Numbered from the stretch's first letter, positions 32,570 through 43,839 are shown. The stretch is DNA of 64,000 bases from Escherichia coli (GCF_003018115.1 NZ_CP027457.1); one strand, 5' to 3'. Made by a program: numbers and translations. The notes: generated from the letters alone by a model not told the origin.

Positions 32570-35206
32570 TTAACGACATTCAGCTGATAGCTGGGTTAAT
32601 AACTGCTGCTGACTCTCTGGTGGCAGTTGATAATTGGCGACACAGTGAGCATTTTCCTCTTCTCCCCATTTCACCTGAACTTTTCCCGCTAAAGGCATTC
32701 CGCTGAGGTAAACCTGACCATTATCCGCAACAATGCCGCTACTCTGGCTACTCTCTGATGTCACCATCGCCCCAAACGGCAGCGGCTTATTATTGTGAGT
32801 TAGCGTCATGAGCAGTTTTATCCCAACGCGCGCTTTAAACTCTGCTCGCACGATCGCCCCACGAGTGGGAACAACGTTAGCGACCGCGTTATCTAAATCG
32901 ACGTTATCAGCCAAGGTATTGGTATCCAGCGCCACTCTATTTTCCCGATATTCGGTGGCATAAGGCAGCACGGCATAACCGCGCCAGTCGGTACGCACCC
33001 CCGTCTGGTTTTCGACTTTTGCATCTTTTGCGCCAGGCGCTTTAACAAGTACCACCGTATCGTTTAACGGCTGCCCCAGCGTTACGCCATTGGCATGAGC
33101 CAGTACCCCACCGCTGACTCCGTAATAGAGCTGCTTAATATCATCGCTATGGCTGTAACCGATATTGGCATTGCCGTAACCACCGCGATAATTCAGCGTG
33201 GCGTAGCCTGTACTTCCGCTATTACCATCGCCTCCCCCGGCATAGCCGGTTTGCACGCTATAACTGAGGTTGTTGTCTTCCAGCAACGTACCGTATACAC
33301 CAGCCAGATTGGTCATCCGACCGTTGAGATCGTGTGACATGCTGTAGCTAGCACTGGCATGTCGCCACTGAGATTTACTGTCAGAACGCAGCCAGTGGCT
33401 GAAAGGAATATTGACGTTAAGCGCTAACATCTGATCCCGTCCTTTTTGCCAGGCGTTTTTCGTCAGGCTATAGCTGAGCGTCCAGTTGATATCTTCGAAC
33501 GCAGTATTTAATCCAGCCTGGAATTGCTCATCGACATTACTCGTTCCCCAATAAGTTTGATGGCTACCACTCAAATACAGTGTTGATGTGCGCCCGAGTT
33601 GCTGAGTAACGGTGAGCTGTAATTTCCCGCGTTTGTTATAAGCGAGGTTGTAATAGTCGGTGAATTTCGGCTTAACCTGAATAACTCCGTCCTGTGTTTC
33701 GATGTTGTAGCCATTCATTCGACTGTATGTTGTATCAGCGAAATTAAAATATCCGCTGGTCGAATAACGGTAACCCACTAACTGAATATTCGTGCCTGAC
33801 TCATTGAGCGATTTGTTATAGAGAAAACGAACCGATTGTCCGTCATGCTGACTGTCATCGGGAAGTGTGGAATTAGCCTGAGTCATATCCACAGACAGAG
33901 CGCCCAGTGCCCCCATGTTTTTCCCGATACCGAAATTAAAAGCACGATAACGATCTGCCAGTTGCGTTCCACCATATATTGTCCAGCCAGCCGGAAGGCC
34001 GTGGAGTAATGTACTCTGGAAAAAGCGGGGTTTTTCCTGTTGCGCATTTCCACTACGGTATTCTCCTGCCGTAATGGAATAACGAGTATGCCCTTCACGT
34101 TGCAAAAGCGGGACTGACGAATAGGGTACGGTAAAAATCTGCGTGCTGCCGTCAGCCTCTTTAATCGTTACCTGCAAGTCACCACTATTACCTGCGGCAT
34201 AGATATCGTTGATGGTAAAAGGCCCCGGTGGCACCGTACTATTATAAATGTCATACCCATTTTGTTTAATAGTGACCTGTGCAGTACCACGAGCAATACC
34301 GTGGATCACCGGGGCAAATCCTCTTTGGCTATCGGGTAACATATTGTCATCTGAGGCCAATTGTGCGCCGCGAAAGTTAATACCATCGAAAATATCGCCC
34401 TGAGTATAACCATCACCCAGCGTCAGCCGGGAACGTAACGGTATTATGTCTCGCTCAAGCCAGGTATTGATATGCTGCCATTTATTTTTGCTACCTGATG
34501 ATCTGTCGCTACTGTTATAACTCCAGGTGGTATTGTCGCGTAAACGCCACGCACCAATATTTAACCCACTCTGTAGGTTTAAATATGCATAATGGCTGTT
34601 ACCCCCAATCCGATTCTGTACACTATTTCCGCTGAAATTATAATTGAGCAATCCGGCATTAATACCGGGATCCCATAACTCAGGAGGAATATAACCACGC
34701 GCGCGATTACTCATAAATGCCTGAGGGATCGTCAGGTTGAGTCGCTGCTGACCAACATCCAGATGCGCAGTAGCGTCATGGATCATTGAGGTTAATGGCA
34801 CGCAGGCATCATCCGCCAGCAGATTCATACCGGAGACAGAAGCCGTATTCAGCCCCATACTGGCAAGTTGCGCGCGTGTCAGGCAGGGAACAATCCCTTG
34901 TTCGCTGTCGCCCGTATTAAATGTGACATCACGCGTTGCCATATAACCATTATTCAAATAGATATCGACACGATACGTCCCTGGTGGTAATTCTTGCCCA
35001 TTCTCAAAACGCGATAAATCGGCTACAGCCTGGGGATCATCCGCTAAAAAACGCGGGTTAAAATAGAGTTCGGCAGATGACAAAGGTGCCTGTGCGGCAA
35101 AAGCACAGGCAACAAAGAGCCGGACAAAAAAACCAGCCAAATGATGCTTACGAATATGCAAGCATTGTGTGTTTCGCTGGTAAAGTCTTAAATTCAGATA
35201 TGACAT
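32570..35206 (-). CDS. fimD: fimbrial outer-membrane usher FimD (878 aa)
   Basis: ORF track 878 aa matching FimD in length and sequence. Confidence 0.95.
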   Translation of the reverse strand: MSYLNLRLYQRNTQCLHIRKHHLAGFFVRLFVACAFAAQAPLSSAELYFNPRFLADDPQAVADLSRFENGQELPPGTYRVDIYLNNGYMATRDVTFNTGDSEQGIVPCLTRAQLASMGLNTASVSGMNLLADDACVPLTSMIHDATAHLDVGQQRLNLTIPQAFMSNRARGYIPPELWDPGINAGLLNYNFSGNSVQNRIGGNSHYAYLNLQSGLNIGAWRLRDNTTWSYNSSDRSSGSKNKWQHINTWLERDIIPLRSRLTLGDGYTQGDIFDGINFRGAQLASDDNMLPDSQRGFAPVIHGIARGTAQVTIKQNGYDIYNSTVPPGPFTINDIYAAGNSGDLQVTIKEADGSTQIFTVPYSSVPLLQREGHTRYSITAGEYRSGNAQQEKPRFFQSTLLHGLPAGWTIYGGTQLADRYRAFNFGIGKNMGALGALSVDMTQANSTLPDDSQHDGQSVRFLYNKSLNESGTNIQLVGYRYSTSGYFNFADTTYSRMNGYNIETQDGVIQVKPKFTDYYNLAYNKRGKLQLTVTQQLGRTSTLYLSGSHQTYWGTSNVDEQFQAGLNTAFEDINWTLSYSLTKNAWQKGRDQMLALNVNIPFSHWLRSDSKSQWRHASASYSMSHDLNGRMTNLAGVYGTLLEDNNLSYSVQTGYAGGGDGNSGSTGYATLNYRGGYGNANIGYSHSDDIKQLYYGVSGGVLAHANGVTLGQPLNDTVVLVKAPGAKDAKVENQTGVRTDWRGYAVLPYATEYRENRVALDTNTLADNVDLDNAVANVVPTRGAIVRAEFKARVGIKLLMTLTHNNKPLPFGAMVTSESSQSSGIVADNGQVYLSGMPLAGKVQVKWGEEENAHCVANYQLPPESQQQLLTQLSAECR

Positions 35207-35272
35207 TATTCCTCCGGTTTAAAATTACCCGGCAGTCAATTCTTTTTATTCAGGCGAGAAATTCCCCCTGCG

Positions 35273-35998
35273 TTATTCCATTACGCCCGTCATTTTGGGG
35301 GTAAGTGCGCCATAATCATTTATTGTTCGGTAAGTAATATTGCTTCCTGCATCAGAAGGCAATTTAACCGTGCTTTCGCCCATTGGAGGCACCAATGCAT
35401 TTTCAAGAACCCGGGTTCCGGCATTCAACTCTGTTACCGTCAGATAATAGGGTGTCGGGTTAATCAGCGTCAGAGAATTCGCGCTACGACGAAATCTTAA
35501 TTTTTCTGCGGCCTGATCGGGTGGCAACGCTAATTTAGCCGGGCGATAGTACAGTTTAATGCGGCTGATAATTGCGAGCTGTAGCGTATTCTCAGTCAAT
35601 TTTGATTTATCCATTGACGGAATCGCTTTAACATTCATCCAGAATAAACTTTCCCGGTCCTGTGGCAATTGGTTATTTGTTGCATCAAGAATACGCAAGG
35701 TATTCTCTTTTTTTCCCTTCATCGCAAACAGAGGAGGCGTCACGATAAAACGACCATCCTTTACACCATCGGCATTTTCCACCCATGATTGAATTAAATA
35801 GGTACTATTTTCATCATTATTTGTCACGGCAAGTTGCACTTGTTTTTGCCCTGCCGGATAAATTACGCGAGTCGCACCTAAGGCCACTCCCGCTTCAGCG
35901 CGTCCGGCAACCATCATTGCCATGAACATCAGGATACCTGCCAGCAAGCAGAATGTTATTTCCTGCGATTTCCTTACATTGACGTTTTTATTACTCAC
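35273..35998 (-). CDS. fimC: periplasmic fimbrial chaperone FimC (241 aa)
   Basis: ORF track; PapD-like chaperone sequence. Confidence 0.95.
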   Translation of the reverse strand: MSNKNVNVRKSQEITFCLLAGILMFMAMMVAGRAEAGVALGATRVIYPAGQKQVQLAVTNNDENSTYLIQSWVENADGVKDGRFIVTPPLFAMKGKKENTLRILDATNNQLPQDRESLFWMNVKAIPSMDKSKLTENTLQLAIISRIKLYYRPAKLALPPDQAAEKLRFRRSANSLTLINPTPYYLTVTELNAGTRVLENALVPPMGESTVKLPSDAGSNITYRTINDYGALTPKMTGVME

Positions 35999-36034
35999 TG
36001 TCCTGTTCCTGTTATCACATTATCTGCTGAACAA

Positions 36035-36574
36035 TTACTGATAGGTTAAAGAGAACCAGGCCTGGGCATTGGCGATGCCGCCAGTAACCCGACGCCCGGT
36101 AGCACGATATTTGGCGATGAAATGTAGCGAAGTAGAGCCTGAGTAAAGCCGTTTCCAGTTTACTGGAGGACGATTAATCGGTACGAGGTTTCCTTCATCA
36201 TCAAACAACGCTACGCCAATATTGGTGGCTATCCCTGGCCCCTCTCCCACGGAAAGCACATCCGGATTTTTACCATCCGCGACACCGTGAAACGCCACAC
36301 CCACACGTTCACTCACCACCGTGCTACATTCCCGTAAATGAATAACAAAAGGCACCGGTGCGCTATCTTCCCCTACCGCATGAAACCGGTTACTGCTGAT
36401 TTGCCCCATATTGACCGTCATTTGTTTATCACCGGCTTCAATCCGGCAAGTTTCCGCAATAATGACGCCCTGAAATTGCATATTTCCGCCGGGCAGCGTG
36501 GTATTCCATTTATTTCCGGCCAGAGCAAACATTGGCAGCAACGACGCTAATAGAAATAATCTCTTCCTTTTCAT
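36035..36574 (-). CDS. fimI: fimbrin-like protein FimI (179 aa)
   Basis: ORF track frame; start at [20 protein letters not shown] (cat at 36572-36574); the longer ORF-track start would overlap fimA. Confidence 0.85.
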   Translation of the reverse strand: MKRKRLFLLASLLPMFALAGNKWNTTLPGGNMQFQGVIIAETCRIEAGDKQMTVNMGQISSNRFHAVGEDSAPVPFVIHLRECSTVVSERVGVAFHGVADGKNPDVLSVGEGPGIATNIGVALFDDEGNLVPINRPPVNWKRLYSGSTSLHFIAKYRATGRRVTGGIANAQAWFSLTYQ

Positions 36575-36638
36575 CGTTATTTTTATCGCACAAGGGTGGG
36601 CATCCCTGCCCGTAATGACGTCCCTGAACCTGGGTAGG

Positions 36639-37187
36639 TTATTGATACTGAACCTTGAAGGTCGCATCCGCATTAGCTGCGCCAGGGGTTGCGACACCGG
36701 TTGCATAATAACGCGCCTGGAACGGAATGGTGTTAGTACCGTTATTCAGGGTTGTTTGCTCACTGAATGTCGCACCATCCAGCGTCAGCGCAGCACCCGT
36801 TCTGTCCAGGATCTGCACACCAACGTTTGTTGCGCTACCCGCAGCTGAACTCTGCAGAGCCAGAACGTTGGTATGACCCGCATCAATCGCCGTACCTAAA
36901 AAGGCAACTGCGGCTTTAGATGCAACATTGGTATCGCAATCATTCAGCTGAATGTTAAAACCGACAGCAGAACTGGTTGCTCCTTCCTGTGCCAGCGATG
37001 CGGTACGAACCTGTCCTAACTGAACGGTTTGATCAACAGAGCCTGCATCAACTGCGCAAGCGGCGTTAACAACTTCCCCTTTAAAGTGAACGGTCCCACC
37101 ATTAACCGTCGTGGCAGCGGCCAGAGCCGCTGTAGAACTGAGGGACAGAGCCGACAGAACAACGATTGCCAGAGTTTTAATTTTCAT
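36639..37187 (-). CDS. fimA: type 1 fimbrial major subunit FimA (182 aa)
   Basis: ORF track frame; start [23 protein letters not shown] (cat at 37185-37187). Confidence 0.95.
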   Translation of the reverse strand: MKIKTLAIVVLSALSLSSTAALAAATTVNGGTVHFKGEVVNAACAVDAGSVDQTVQLGQVRTASLAQEGATSSAVGFNIQLNDCDTNVASKAAVAFLGTAIDAGHTNVLALQSSAAGSATNVGVQILDRTGAALTLDGATFSEQTTLNNGTNTIPFQARYYATGVATPGAANADATFKVQYQ

Positions 37188-37306
37188 GCTGCTTTCCTTT
37201 AAAAAAACTATTTCTAAATCGACATGGGCAGTCGTTCTGTACACTTTGTTTTGTCAACGAGTTTGACTGCCAACACTGCACAGTTTTCCCCCAAAAGATG
37301 AAACAT

Positions 37307-37620
37307 TTGGGGCCATTTTGACTCATAGAGGAAAGCATCGCGTACAAACTTTTTCAGTTTATTTGTTGGCTTAATATTCTATTGTTATCTTTATTTATAG
37401 ATTTTTATATTGCATGAGGTGGTTTTTGGAGAGAAGAATGAGGAAGATGCGTCGAGCCACAGAAACGTTAGCTTTACATATAGCGGAGGTGATGTGAAAT
37501 TAATTTACAATAGAAATAATTTACATATCAAACAGTTAGATGCTTTTTGTCGTTTTTTAATATTTTTATGCTTGAGAAAAAATACGTAACTTATTTATGA
37601 TATGGACAGTTTGGCCCCAA
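37307..37620. promoter_or_regulatory. fimS: fimS invertible phase-variation switch (314 bp) bounded by 9-bp inverted repeats
   Basis: ttggggcca at 37307-37315 and its inverted copy tggccccaa at 37612-37620, between fimA and fimE as expected for the FimB/FimE-driven switch. Confidence 0.9.
37572..37602 (+). promoter_or_regulatory. sigma70-like promoter inside fimS (ttgaga -18- tatgata), oriented away from fimA in this sequence
   Basis: -35 ttgaga at 37572-37577 and -10 tatgata at 37596-37602 on the plus strand, abutting the fimE-proximal inverted repeat; fimA is on the minus strand on the other side. Confidence 0.55.
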
Positions 37621-37667
37621 TTGTCTTGTATTTATTTGTTTTTTAACTTTATTATCAATAAGTTAAA

Positions 37668-38264
37668 TCAAACCTCTTCTCTTTTTAATTTTTCGTTTAT
37701 GAGATTATTTCTTTCCCATAATCCGGCAAAACGAGCAGCATTACTGGCGGTATAACGCACAGTATGGCGAATATTTCGATGCCCGAGATAATCCTGAATT
37801 AAACGAGTATCTGCACCACGCTCCGCCAGTTCATAACCGCAAGCATGCCTTAACATATGAGGATGAGTCTGCGTTACGGTTCCAGCTTCAATACCGGCAT
37901 CGCGAATAATGCGATAGGCCTGCTGGCGAGAAAGCCGACTCCCGCGGCGAGAAATAAATATGGCGTCGGTCCGGTCAGCGCCTTTCCAGTTAGCACGTTC
38001 CAGGGTCCAGCGTTCCACAGCTTCACGCTCATCAAAACGTAACGGGTGAACGGTAGAAAATCCGTTCTTCAGTCGGCGAATATTTATTCGACCTTCATTA
38101 AGGTCAAGATCCTGATAATGCAGATCAAGCAGTTCACTAATACGCATCCCATGCCGATATGCCAACAGAATAAGACAATAATCTCTGGCTCCCGTTGCCC
38201 CGTAACAAACCGCCTGCATCATGGCCTGAACTTCTTTACCGGTAAGATAACGACGTTTACTCAC
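37668..38264 (-). CDS. fimE: tyrosine recombinase FimE (198 aa, ON-to-OFF switching)
   Basis: ORF track; MSKRRYLTGKEVQAMMQAV...; closer of the two paralogs to fimS. Confidence 0.95.
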   Translation of the reverse strand: MSKRRYLTGKEVQAMMQAVCYGATGARDYCLILLAYRHGMRISELLDLHYQDLDLNEGRINIRRLKNGFSTVHPLRFDEREAVERWTLERANWKGADRTDAIFISRRGSRLSRQQAYRIIRDAGIEAGTVTQTHPHMLRHACGYELAERGADTRLIQDYLGHRNIRHTVRYTASNAARFAGLWERNNLINEKLKREEV

Positions 38265-38741
38265 AATAGTAGTACTCCTGACTGAGATATATTTAAATGA
38301 ATACCTATAGGAAACCTCAATCGGTCAAAATTAGCCCAATAGATAAAAAGATAACCACACACGAAGTGATGTGGCTATCAGTCAATTACATTAAATATCA
38401 TACAAAAATAAAATATCACTGATGTGACAACATCTATTTTCATTGATTTGATTCAATATAACAATAGATTGCAGTAGATTAGCTTCCAGTTGCTTAAAAA
38501 ATAAAGAAAAAAGTGCGAAAACAGGAGAATTTAAGTGATGTGTAAATTTATGAATGATTTTGTTTATTTATTTTGAAGAACATAAACCATTGTATTTTGT
38601 ATGGATATGGTTAACTTAATGTTTATTATGATAATTAAGAATCATACTTACAATAACATCAATTAATAAATGCTTAATCATTTTTGATATATCGTAAGAA
38701 TAATGTTGTTTTTAACACCATCCCTGGTATCTCAACTATCT

Positions 38742-39344
38742 CTATAAAACAGCGTGACGCTGTCGTCCTCTGGCTCTATCCCAGATGCCGTAAAAACGCC
38801 CTGCATTGCTGGCGGTATACCAGACAGTATGACGAATATTGCGATGCCCAAGATAATCCTGGATAAGTCGCGTATCTATTCCCATATTCGCCAAAGCAAA
38901 ACCACACGAATGGCGTAACATGTGCGGATGAATCTCCAGTGACAACCCGGCATTACCACCGGAAGTCGAGATAATATGGTAAAATTGTTGCCGAGAAAGC
39001 GGATTCCCCTTACGCGATAAAAATACCCACTCGCTCTCAGCATGCGGATACGAAGTACGGATACTCAACCAGTTTTTTAAAGCCTGAACTTCTTTGTTCA
39101 ATAGCGGGTGCGTTGTTGAAAAGCCTTTTTTTAATCGATGGATATATATACACTTTGCCTTAAGATCAATATCCGAAATCCTCAATCGACAAATTTCACT
39201 CGCCCGGAAACCATGAATAAAACAAAGCAAAGTCAGACAATAATTACGTGCTGCATGAGGCCCGGTATTTGCTGCTTTAAGGAGTGATTCGATTTCACTA
39301 TGGGTCAGGAAGTTCCTTTTTTTGTTTTCAGCCTTATTCTTCAT
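38742..39344 (-). CDS. fimB: tyrosine recombinase FimB (200 aa)
   Basis: ORF track frame; start at MKNKAENKKRNFLTHSEIESLL (cat at 39342-39344). Confidence 0.95.
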   Translation of the reverse strand: MKNKAENKKRNFLTHSEIESLLKAANTGPHAARNYCLTLLCFIHGFRASEICRLRISDIDLKAKCIYIHRLKKGFSTTHPLLNKEVQALKNWLSIRTSYPHAESEWVFLSRKGNPLSRQQFYHIISTSGGNAGLSLEIHPHMLRHSCGFALANMGIDTRLIQDYLGHRNIRHTVWYTASNAGRFYGIWDRARGRQRHAVL

Positions 39345-40359
39345 CGTTTTTCCCTTATAATTACAGACGCGCACTAGCTGTGCTGGGTTAGCAATAATCC
39401 AACATTTTTATCCTGATTATGTTTATAAAAGCGAACGTTTGCTTAATAACTAACGTAAGTGGACCAGTTCTTCTGAGTGAACTTAAATGGAGTAGCAACA
39501 GTTAATTATAATAACGTTGCCATACAAACGCTATGCTCTTGCATGCTATGTACCTTTATATATTTATCAATCGGATACGAATCTAATAATAACCCTCATC
39601 ATTAATGCAACTAATCTTATCTATATATCATGTGATATGTTCTGTAACAAGTAAAATCAACATAAAAAATTCAGCAAAATTTAATATTCGTTCAACTAGC
39701 CGTCTCACATATGACATTATTAGTCAACTCCATTTGCCACAAAATGGCTATTTCATGGAACACAGTAATTTCTTAGTGGCTATTATCAAGCTAATTCTTA
39801 GGTCCCTAGCGATTATTCCTGGCTGGTTCGTCAGTTTAAGCCATGAGATTGTTACATTCCTTTTTATCCTGGAGATATGGGGGAACGCAGGAGACGATTT
39901 TTTCATCTACATTCGTTGGTAAATATGGCTTTGGTCACTGCGACTTAAACCTTCCTCAATCACAGCCATTCGCCGGGCGATACGGCAAACAAACTAAGTG
40001 AAACATCATCCTGAAAACACCAACATCAACAAGCCTCTCCAGATCGACTTCAGAAGTGACCAGTTACAAGCCACAAACCAGGAAACATATTTCATGATGA
40101 GAATTATGCTCAGCCTGATGGCGGGTAAACACTGATTTTCATCAAACTCACTGAGTTAGCTTGCAAAGCTTTCCTTGTTTAGACTCTAAATAAATTATTT
40201 ATAAAACAAATATTTAAACGAAGATCTTTAGTTTTTGAAGACCACCGCAAGTGTTCGTCTGGCTTCACATGGCATCTTCCTCTTAGAAAAAGATCGACAT
40301 ATTTTGTGACACGAATTGCAAATCTGGTTTTGTTGTATGGATTGCGTGATTTTTGATCT

Positions 40360-40380
40360 GGTATAACAGGTATAAAGGTG
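40360..40380. promoter_or_regulatory. GGTATA-repeat operator (candidate NanR site) in the fimB-nanC intergenic region
   Basis: ggtataacaggtataaaggtg; NanR is known to bind GGTATA repeats in the nanC-fimB region. Confidence 0.55.
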
Positions 40381-40797
40381 CACCAAGATAGTCAATGAGA
40401 CAGGGCATCTCGCAATCTCTGGCAAACATCACTTCAGTTCTTTCTCATCGGGTGATGAAAACGCACTTCAGTCTGAAAGGAATATGAAAATGAGATCAAC
40501 AGACACTCTATTTTATGACTCTGGGTAAAATGAATTGAGTAAGTGATATAGCTTACGAACATTCAAATCAATTAAACATCAGAAGAGATTTTATACTCAG
40601 GTATTTAATCTGGCTCTCTGTTTATTTAAATAATGTGGAAAGAGAATTTTCACAGGAGACCTTATACAAAAAATATAAAATAAGCTACCCGTTGCCAAAG
40701 ACACTATAAGCCTGGCAAAAAATATTACACAACATAAATGCTAATTGTTTATGCGGGCTTTGTTTTGCTTTCTGTATCCTACAAATGAGTGAAATTT

Positions 40798-41514
40798 ATG
40801 AAAAAGGCTAAAATACTTTCTGGCGTATTATTACTGTGCTTTTCGTCACCATTAATTTCTCAGGCTGCGACACTGGACGTACGTGGTGGATATCGTAGCG
40901 GAAGCCATGCCTATGAGACTCGACTCAAAGTCAGTGAGGGATGGCAAAATGGATGGTGGGCAAGCATGGAAAGTAATACCTGGAATACCATTCATGATAA
41001 TAAAAAGGAAAATGCCGCACTCAATGATGTTCAGGTTGAAGTTAATTACGCGATTAAACTTGATGAGCAATGGACGGTGCGCCCGGGAATGTTAACGCAT
41101 TTTAGCAGCAACGGCACACGCTACGGACCCTACGTAAAACTGTCCTGGGACGCGACAAAAGATCTTAATTTTGGCATTCGCTATCGTTACGACTGGAAAG
41201 CTTACCGACAACAAGACTTATCCGGTGATATGTCTCGTGATAACGTTCATCGTTGGGATGGATATGTCACTTACCATATTAATAGTGATTTCACCTTCGC
41301 ATGGCAAACGACGCTATACAGCAAACAGAACGATTATCGCTATGCAAACCATAAGAAATGGGCGACGGAAAATGCATTTGTTCTACAATACCATATGACG
41401 CCCGATATTACGCCATACATAGAATATGACTACCTGGACCGTCAGGGTGTTTACAACGGCAGAGATAATTTATCGGAAAACAGTTATCGCATTGGTGTGT
41501 CATTTAAACTGTAG
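40798..41514 (+). CDS. nanC: N-acetylneuraminic acid outer-membrane channel NanC (KdgM family)
   Basis: ORF track frame; start MKKAKILSGVLLLCFSSPLISQA (signal peptide); divergent from fimB. Confidence 0.9.
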   Translation: MKKAKILSGVLLLCFSSPLISQAATLDVRGGYRSGSHAYETRLKVSEGWQNGWWASMESNTWNTIHDNKKENAALNDVQVEVNYAIKLDEQWTVRPGMLTHFSSNGTRYGPYVKLSWDATKDLNFGIRYRYDWKAYRQQDLSGDMSRDNVHRWDGYVTYHINSDFTFAWQTTLYSKQNDYRYANHKKWATENAFVLQYHMTPDITPYIEYDYLDRQGVYNGRDNLSENSYRIGVSFKL

Positions 41515-41533
41515 TAGACAGGAGACAGTCACA

Positions 41534-42640
41534 ATGAATAAAACAATAACGGCGCTTGCTATCATGATGGCTTCATTTGCCGCAAACGCGTCTGTATTAC
41601 CGGAAACTCCTGTGCCATTTAAAAGTGGTACCGGAGCAATTGATAACGACACTGTCTACATTGGTTTAGGTAGCGCAGGTACGGCATGGTACAAGCTGGA
41701 TACACAGGCCAAAGATAAAAAATGGACAGCGTTAGCTGCATTCCCTGGTGGAACAAGAGATCAAGCAACCTCGGCATTTATTGATGGCAATCTGTATGTG
41801 TTTGGCGGCATTGGCAAAAATAGCAAGGGCTTGACTCAGGTATTTAATGACGTACACAAATACAACCCCAAAACCAATAGTTGGGTTAAATTGATGTCGC
41901 ACGCACCGATGGGCATGGCAGGTCATGTGACTTTTGTACACAACGGCAAGGCTTATGTTACTGGCGGTGTTAACCAGAATATCTTCAATGGCTATTTTGA
42001 AGATCTCAACGAGGCTGGAAAAGATTCAACCGCTGTAGATAAAATCAACGCTCACTATTTTGACAAAAAAGCAGAAGATTATTTCTTCAATAAGTTTCTG
42101 TTGTCTTTTGATCCCTCAACACAGCAATGGAGTTACGCTGGCGAATCTCCCTGGTACGGAACGGCTGGTGCGGCGGTTGTGAATAAAGGTGATAAAACCT
42201 GGCTTATTAATGGTGAAGCCAAACCAGGATTGCGAACGGATGCCGTATTTGAACTTGATTTCACCGGTAATAATTTAAAATGGAATAAGCTTGCTCCCGT
42301 CTCATCACCAGATGGCGTCGCTGGCGGTTTTGCGGGGATAAGCAATGATTCTCTTATATTTGCCGGAGGGGCCGGATTCAAAGGTTCACGAGAAAATTAC
42401 CAAAACGGTAAGAACTATGCGCATGAAGGCCTGAAAAAATCATATAGCACTGATATTCATCTTTGGCATAACGGGAAATGGGATAAATCGGGTGAATTAT
42501 CGCAAGGTCGGGCCTACGGAGTATCATTGCCCTGGAATAATAGTCTATTGATTATTGGCGGTGAAACTGCAGGCGGCAAAGCGGTGACGGATTCAGTTTT
42601 GATCTCTGTGAAGGATAATAAAGTTACAGTACAAAACTAA
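41534..42640 (+). CDS. nanM: N-acetylneuraminate mutarotase NanM (Kelch-repeat protein)
   Basis: ORF track frame; start MNKTITALAIMMASFAANA with ggagacagtc RBS; Kelch-like repeats. Confidence 0.9.
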   Translation: MNKTITALAIMMASFAANASVLPETPVPFKSGTGAIDNDTVYIGLGSAGTAWYKLDTQAKDKKWTALAAFPGGTRDQATSAFIDGNLYVFGGIGKNSKGLTQVFNDVHKYNPKTNSWVKLMSHAPMGMAGHVTFVHNGKAYVTGGVNQNIFNGYFEDLNEAGKDSTAVDKINAHYFDKKAEDYFFNKFLLSFDPSTQQWSYAGESPWYGTAGAAVVNKGDKTWLINGEAKPGLRTDAVFELDFTGNNLKWNKLAPVSSPDGVAGGFAGISNDSLIFAGGAGFKGSRENYQNGKNYAHEGLKKSYSTDIHLWHNGKWDKSGELSQGRAYGVSLPWNNSLLIIGGETAGGKAVTDSVLISVKDNKVTVQN

Positions 42641-42704
42641 CGCTTCAGGGCCCCAGTAAAGGGGCCCTGCTATCAATTTGTCATTTCAATTACGCGAAAT
42701 TTAT

Positions 42705-43685
42705 ATGAACGCAATAATATCGCCTGATTATTACTATGTTCTTACCGTTGCTGGTCAGTCTAATGCCATGGCGTATGGCGAAGGACTGCCATTACCGGAC
42801 AGGGAAGATGCGCCTCATCCAAGAATTAAACAATTAGCGAGATTTGCGCATACGCATCCCGGAGGCCCGTCATGTCACTTTAACGACATTATTCCACTGA
42901 CTCACTGCCCACACGATGTTCAGGATATGCAGAGTTATCACCATCCTCTGGCAACGAATCATCAAACACAGTACGGCACCGTTGGCCAGGCACTGCATAT
43001 TGCACGGAAATTACTGCCCTTTATTCCTGATAACGCAGGGGTTCTCATCGTTCCATGTTGCCGTGGCGGATCGGCTTTTACCGCGGGCAGCGAGGGGACA
43101 TATTCAGAACGGCACGGAGCCAGCCATGATGCTTGTCGTTGGGGAACGGATACTCCGCTGTACCAGGATTTAGTCAGCAGAACGCGAGCCGCACTGGCAA
43201 AAAATCCGCAGAACAAATTCCTCGGCGTATGCTGGATGCAAGGCGAATTTGACTTAATGACCAGTGACTACGCGTCACACCCTCAACACTTTAATCATAT
43301 GGTTGAAGCCTTTCGTAGGGATCTAAAACAATACCATTCTCAGCTGAATAATATTACTGACGCGCCGTGGTTTTGCGGCGATACCACCTGGTACTGGAAA
43401 GAAAATTTCCCTCATGCGTATGAAGCTATTTATGGCAATTATCAAAATAATGTTTTAGCCAATATTATTTTCGTCGACTTCCAGCAACAAGGTGAAAGAG
43501 GACTGACGAACGCGCCTGATGAAGATCCGGACGATTTAAGCACGGGATATTACGGTTCAGCGTACCGGTCACCGGAGAACTGGACGACGGCACTGCGAAG
43601 CAGTCATTTCAGCGCGGCAGCCCGTCGGGGGATTATTTCTGACAAGTTTGTAGAAGCAATTTTGCAGTTTTGGCGCGAAAGGTGA
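42705..43685 (+). CDS. nanS: 9-O-acetyl-N-acetylneuraminate esterase NanS
   Basis: ORF track frame; start MNAIISPDYYYVLTVAGQSNAMAYG (SGNH-like GQSN motif). Confidence 0.85.
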   Translation: MNAIISPDYYYVLTVAGQSNAMAYGEGLPLPDREDAPHPRIKQLARFAHTHPGGPSCHFNDIIPLTHCPHDVQDMQSYHHPLATNHQTQYGTVGQALHIARKLLPFIPDNAGVLIVPCCRGGSAFTAGSEGTYSERHGASHDACRWGTDTPLYQDLVSRTRAALAKNPQNKFLGVCWMQGEFDLMTSDYASHPQHFNHMVEAFRRDLKQYHSQLNNITDAPWFCGDTTWYWKENFPHAYEAIYGNYQNNVLANIIFVDFQQQGERGLTNAPDEDPDDLSTGYYGSAYRSPENWTTALRSSHFSAAARRGIISDKFVEAILQFWRER

Positions 43686-43839
43686 GCGTTCATTAATTTG
43701 ATTTATTCGCATCCATCAGCGCTTTTAACTCCTCCGGCGTAAACGGTGGTTTGCGTCGGTGCAACATCGCATGGCAATTAGGGCACACAGGCAGCAAAAA
43801 AACAAATGAGATCAAAGTAATATATCTTCACTTGCAGGC

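Noticed and set aside
36575-36706. Longer N-terminal extension of fimI overlapping the fimA 3' end
   Set aside because: The ORF-track start gives a 223-aa protein overlapping fimA; the internal Met at 36574 precedes a typical signal peptide and matches the usual fimI length, so the extension is treated as non-coding.
42641-42704. GC hairpin (gggcccc...ggggccc) between nanM and nanS as a terminator
   Set aside because: No U-tract follows and nanM-nanS are probably co-transcribed; more likely a stabilising stem-loop, so not called as a terminator.
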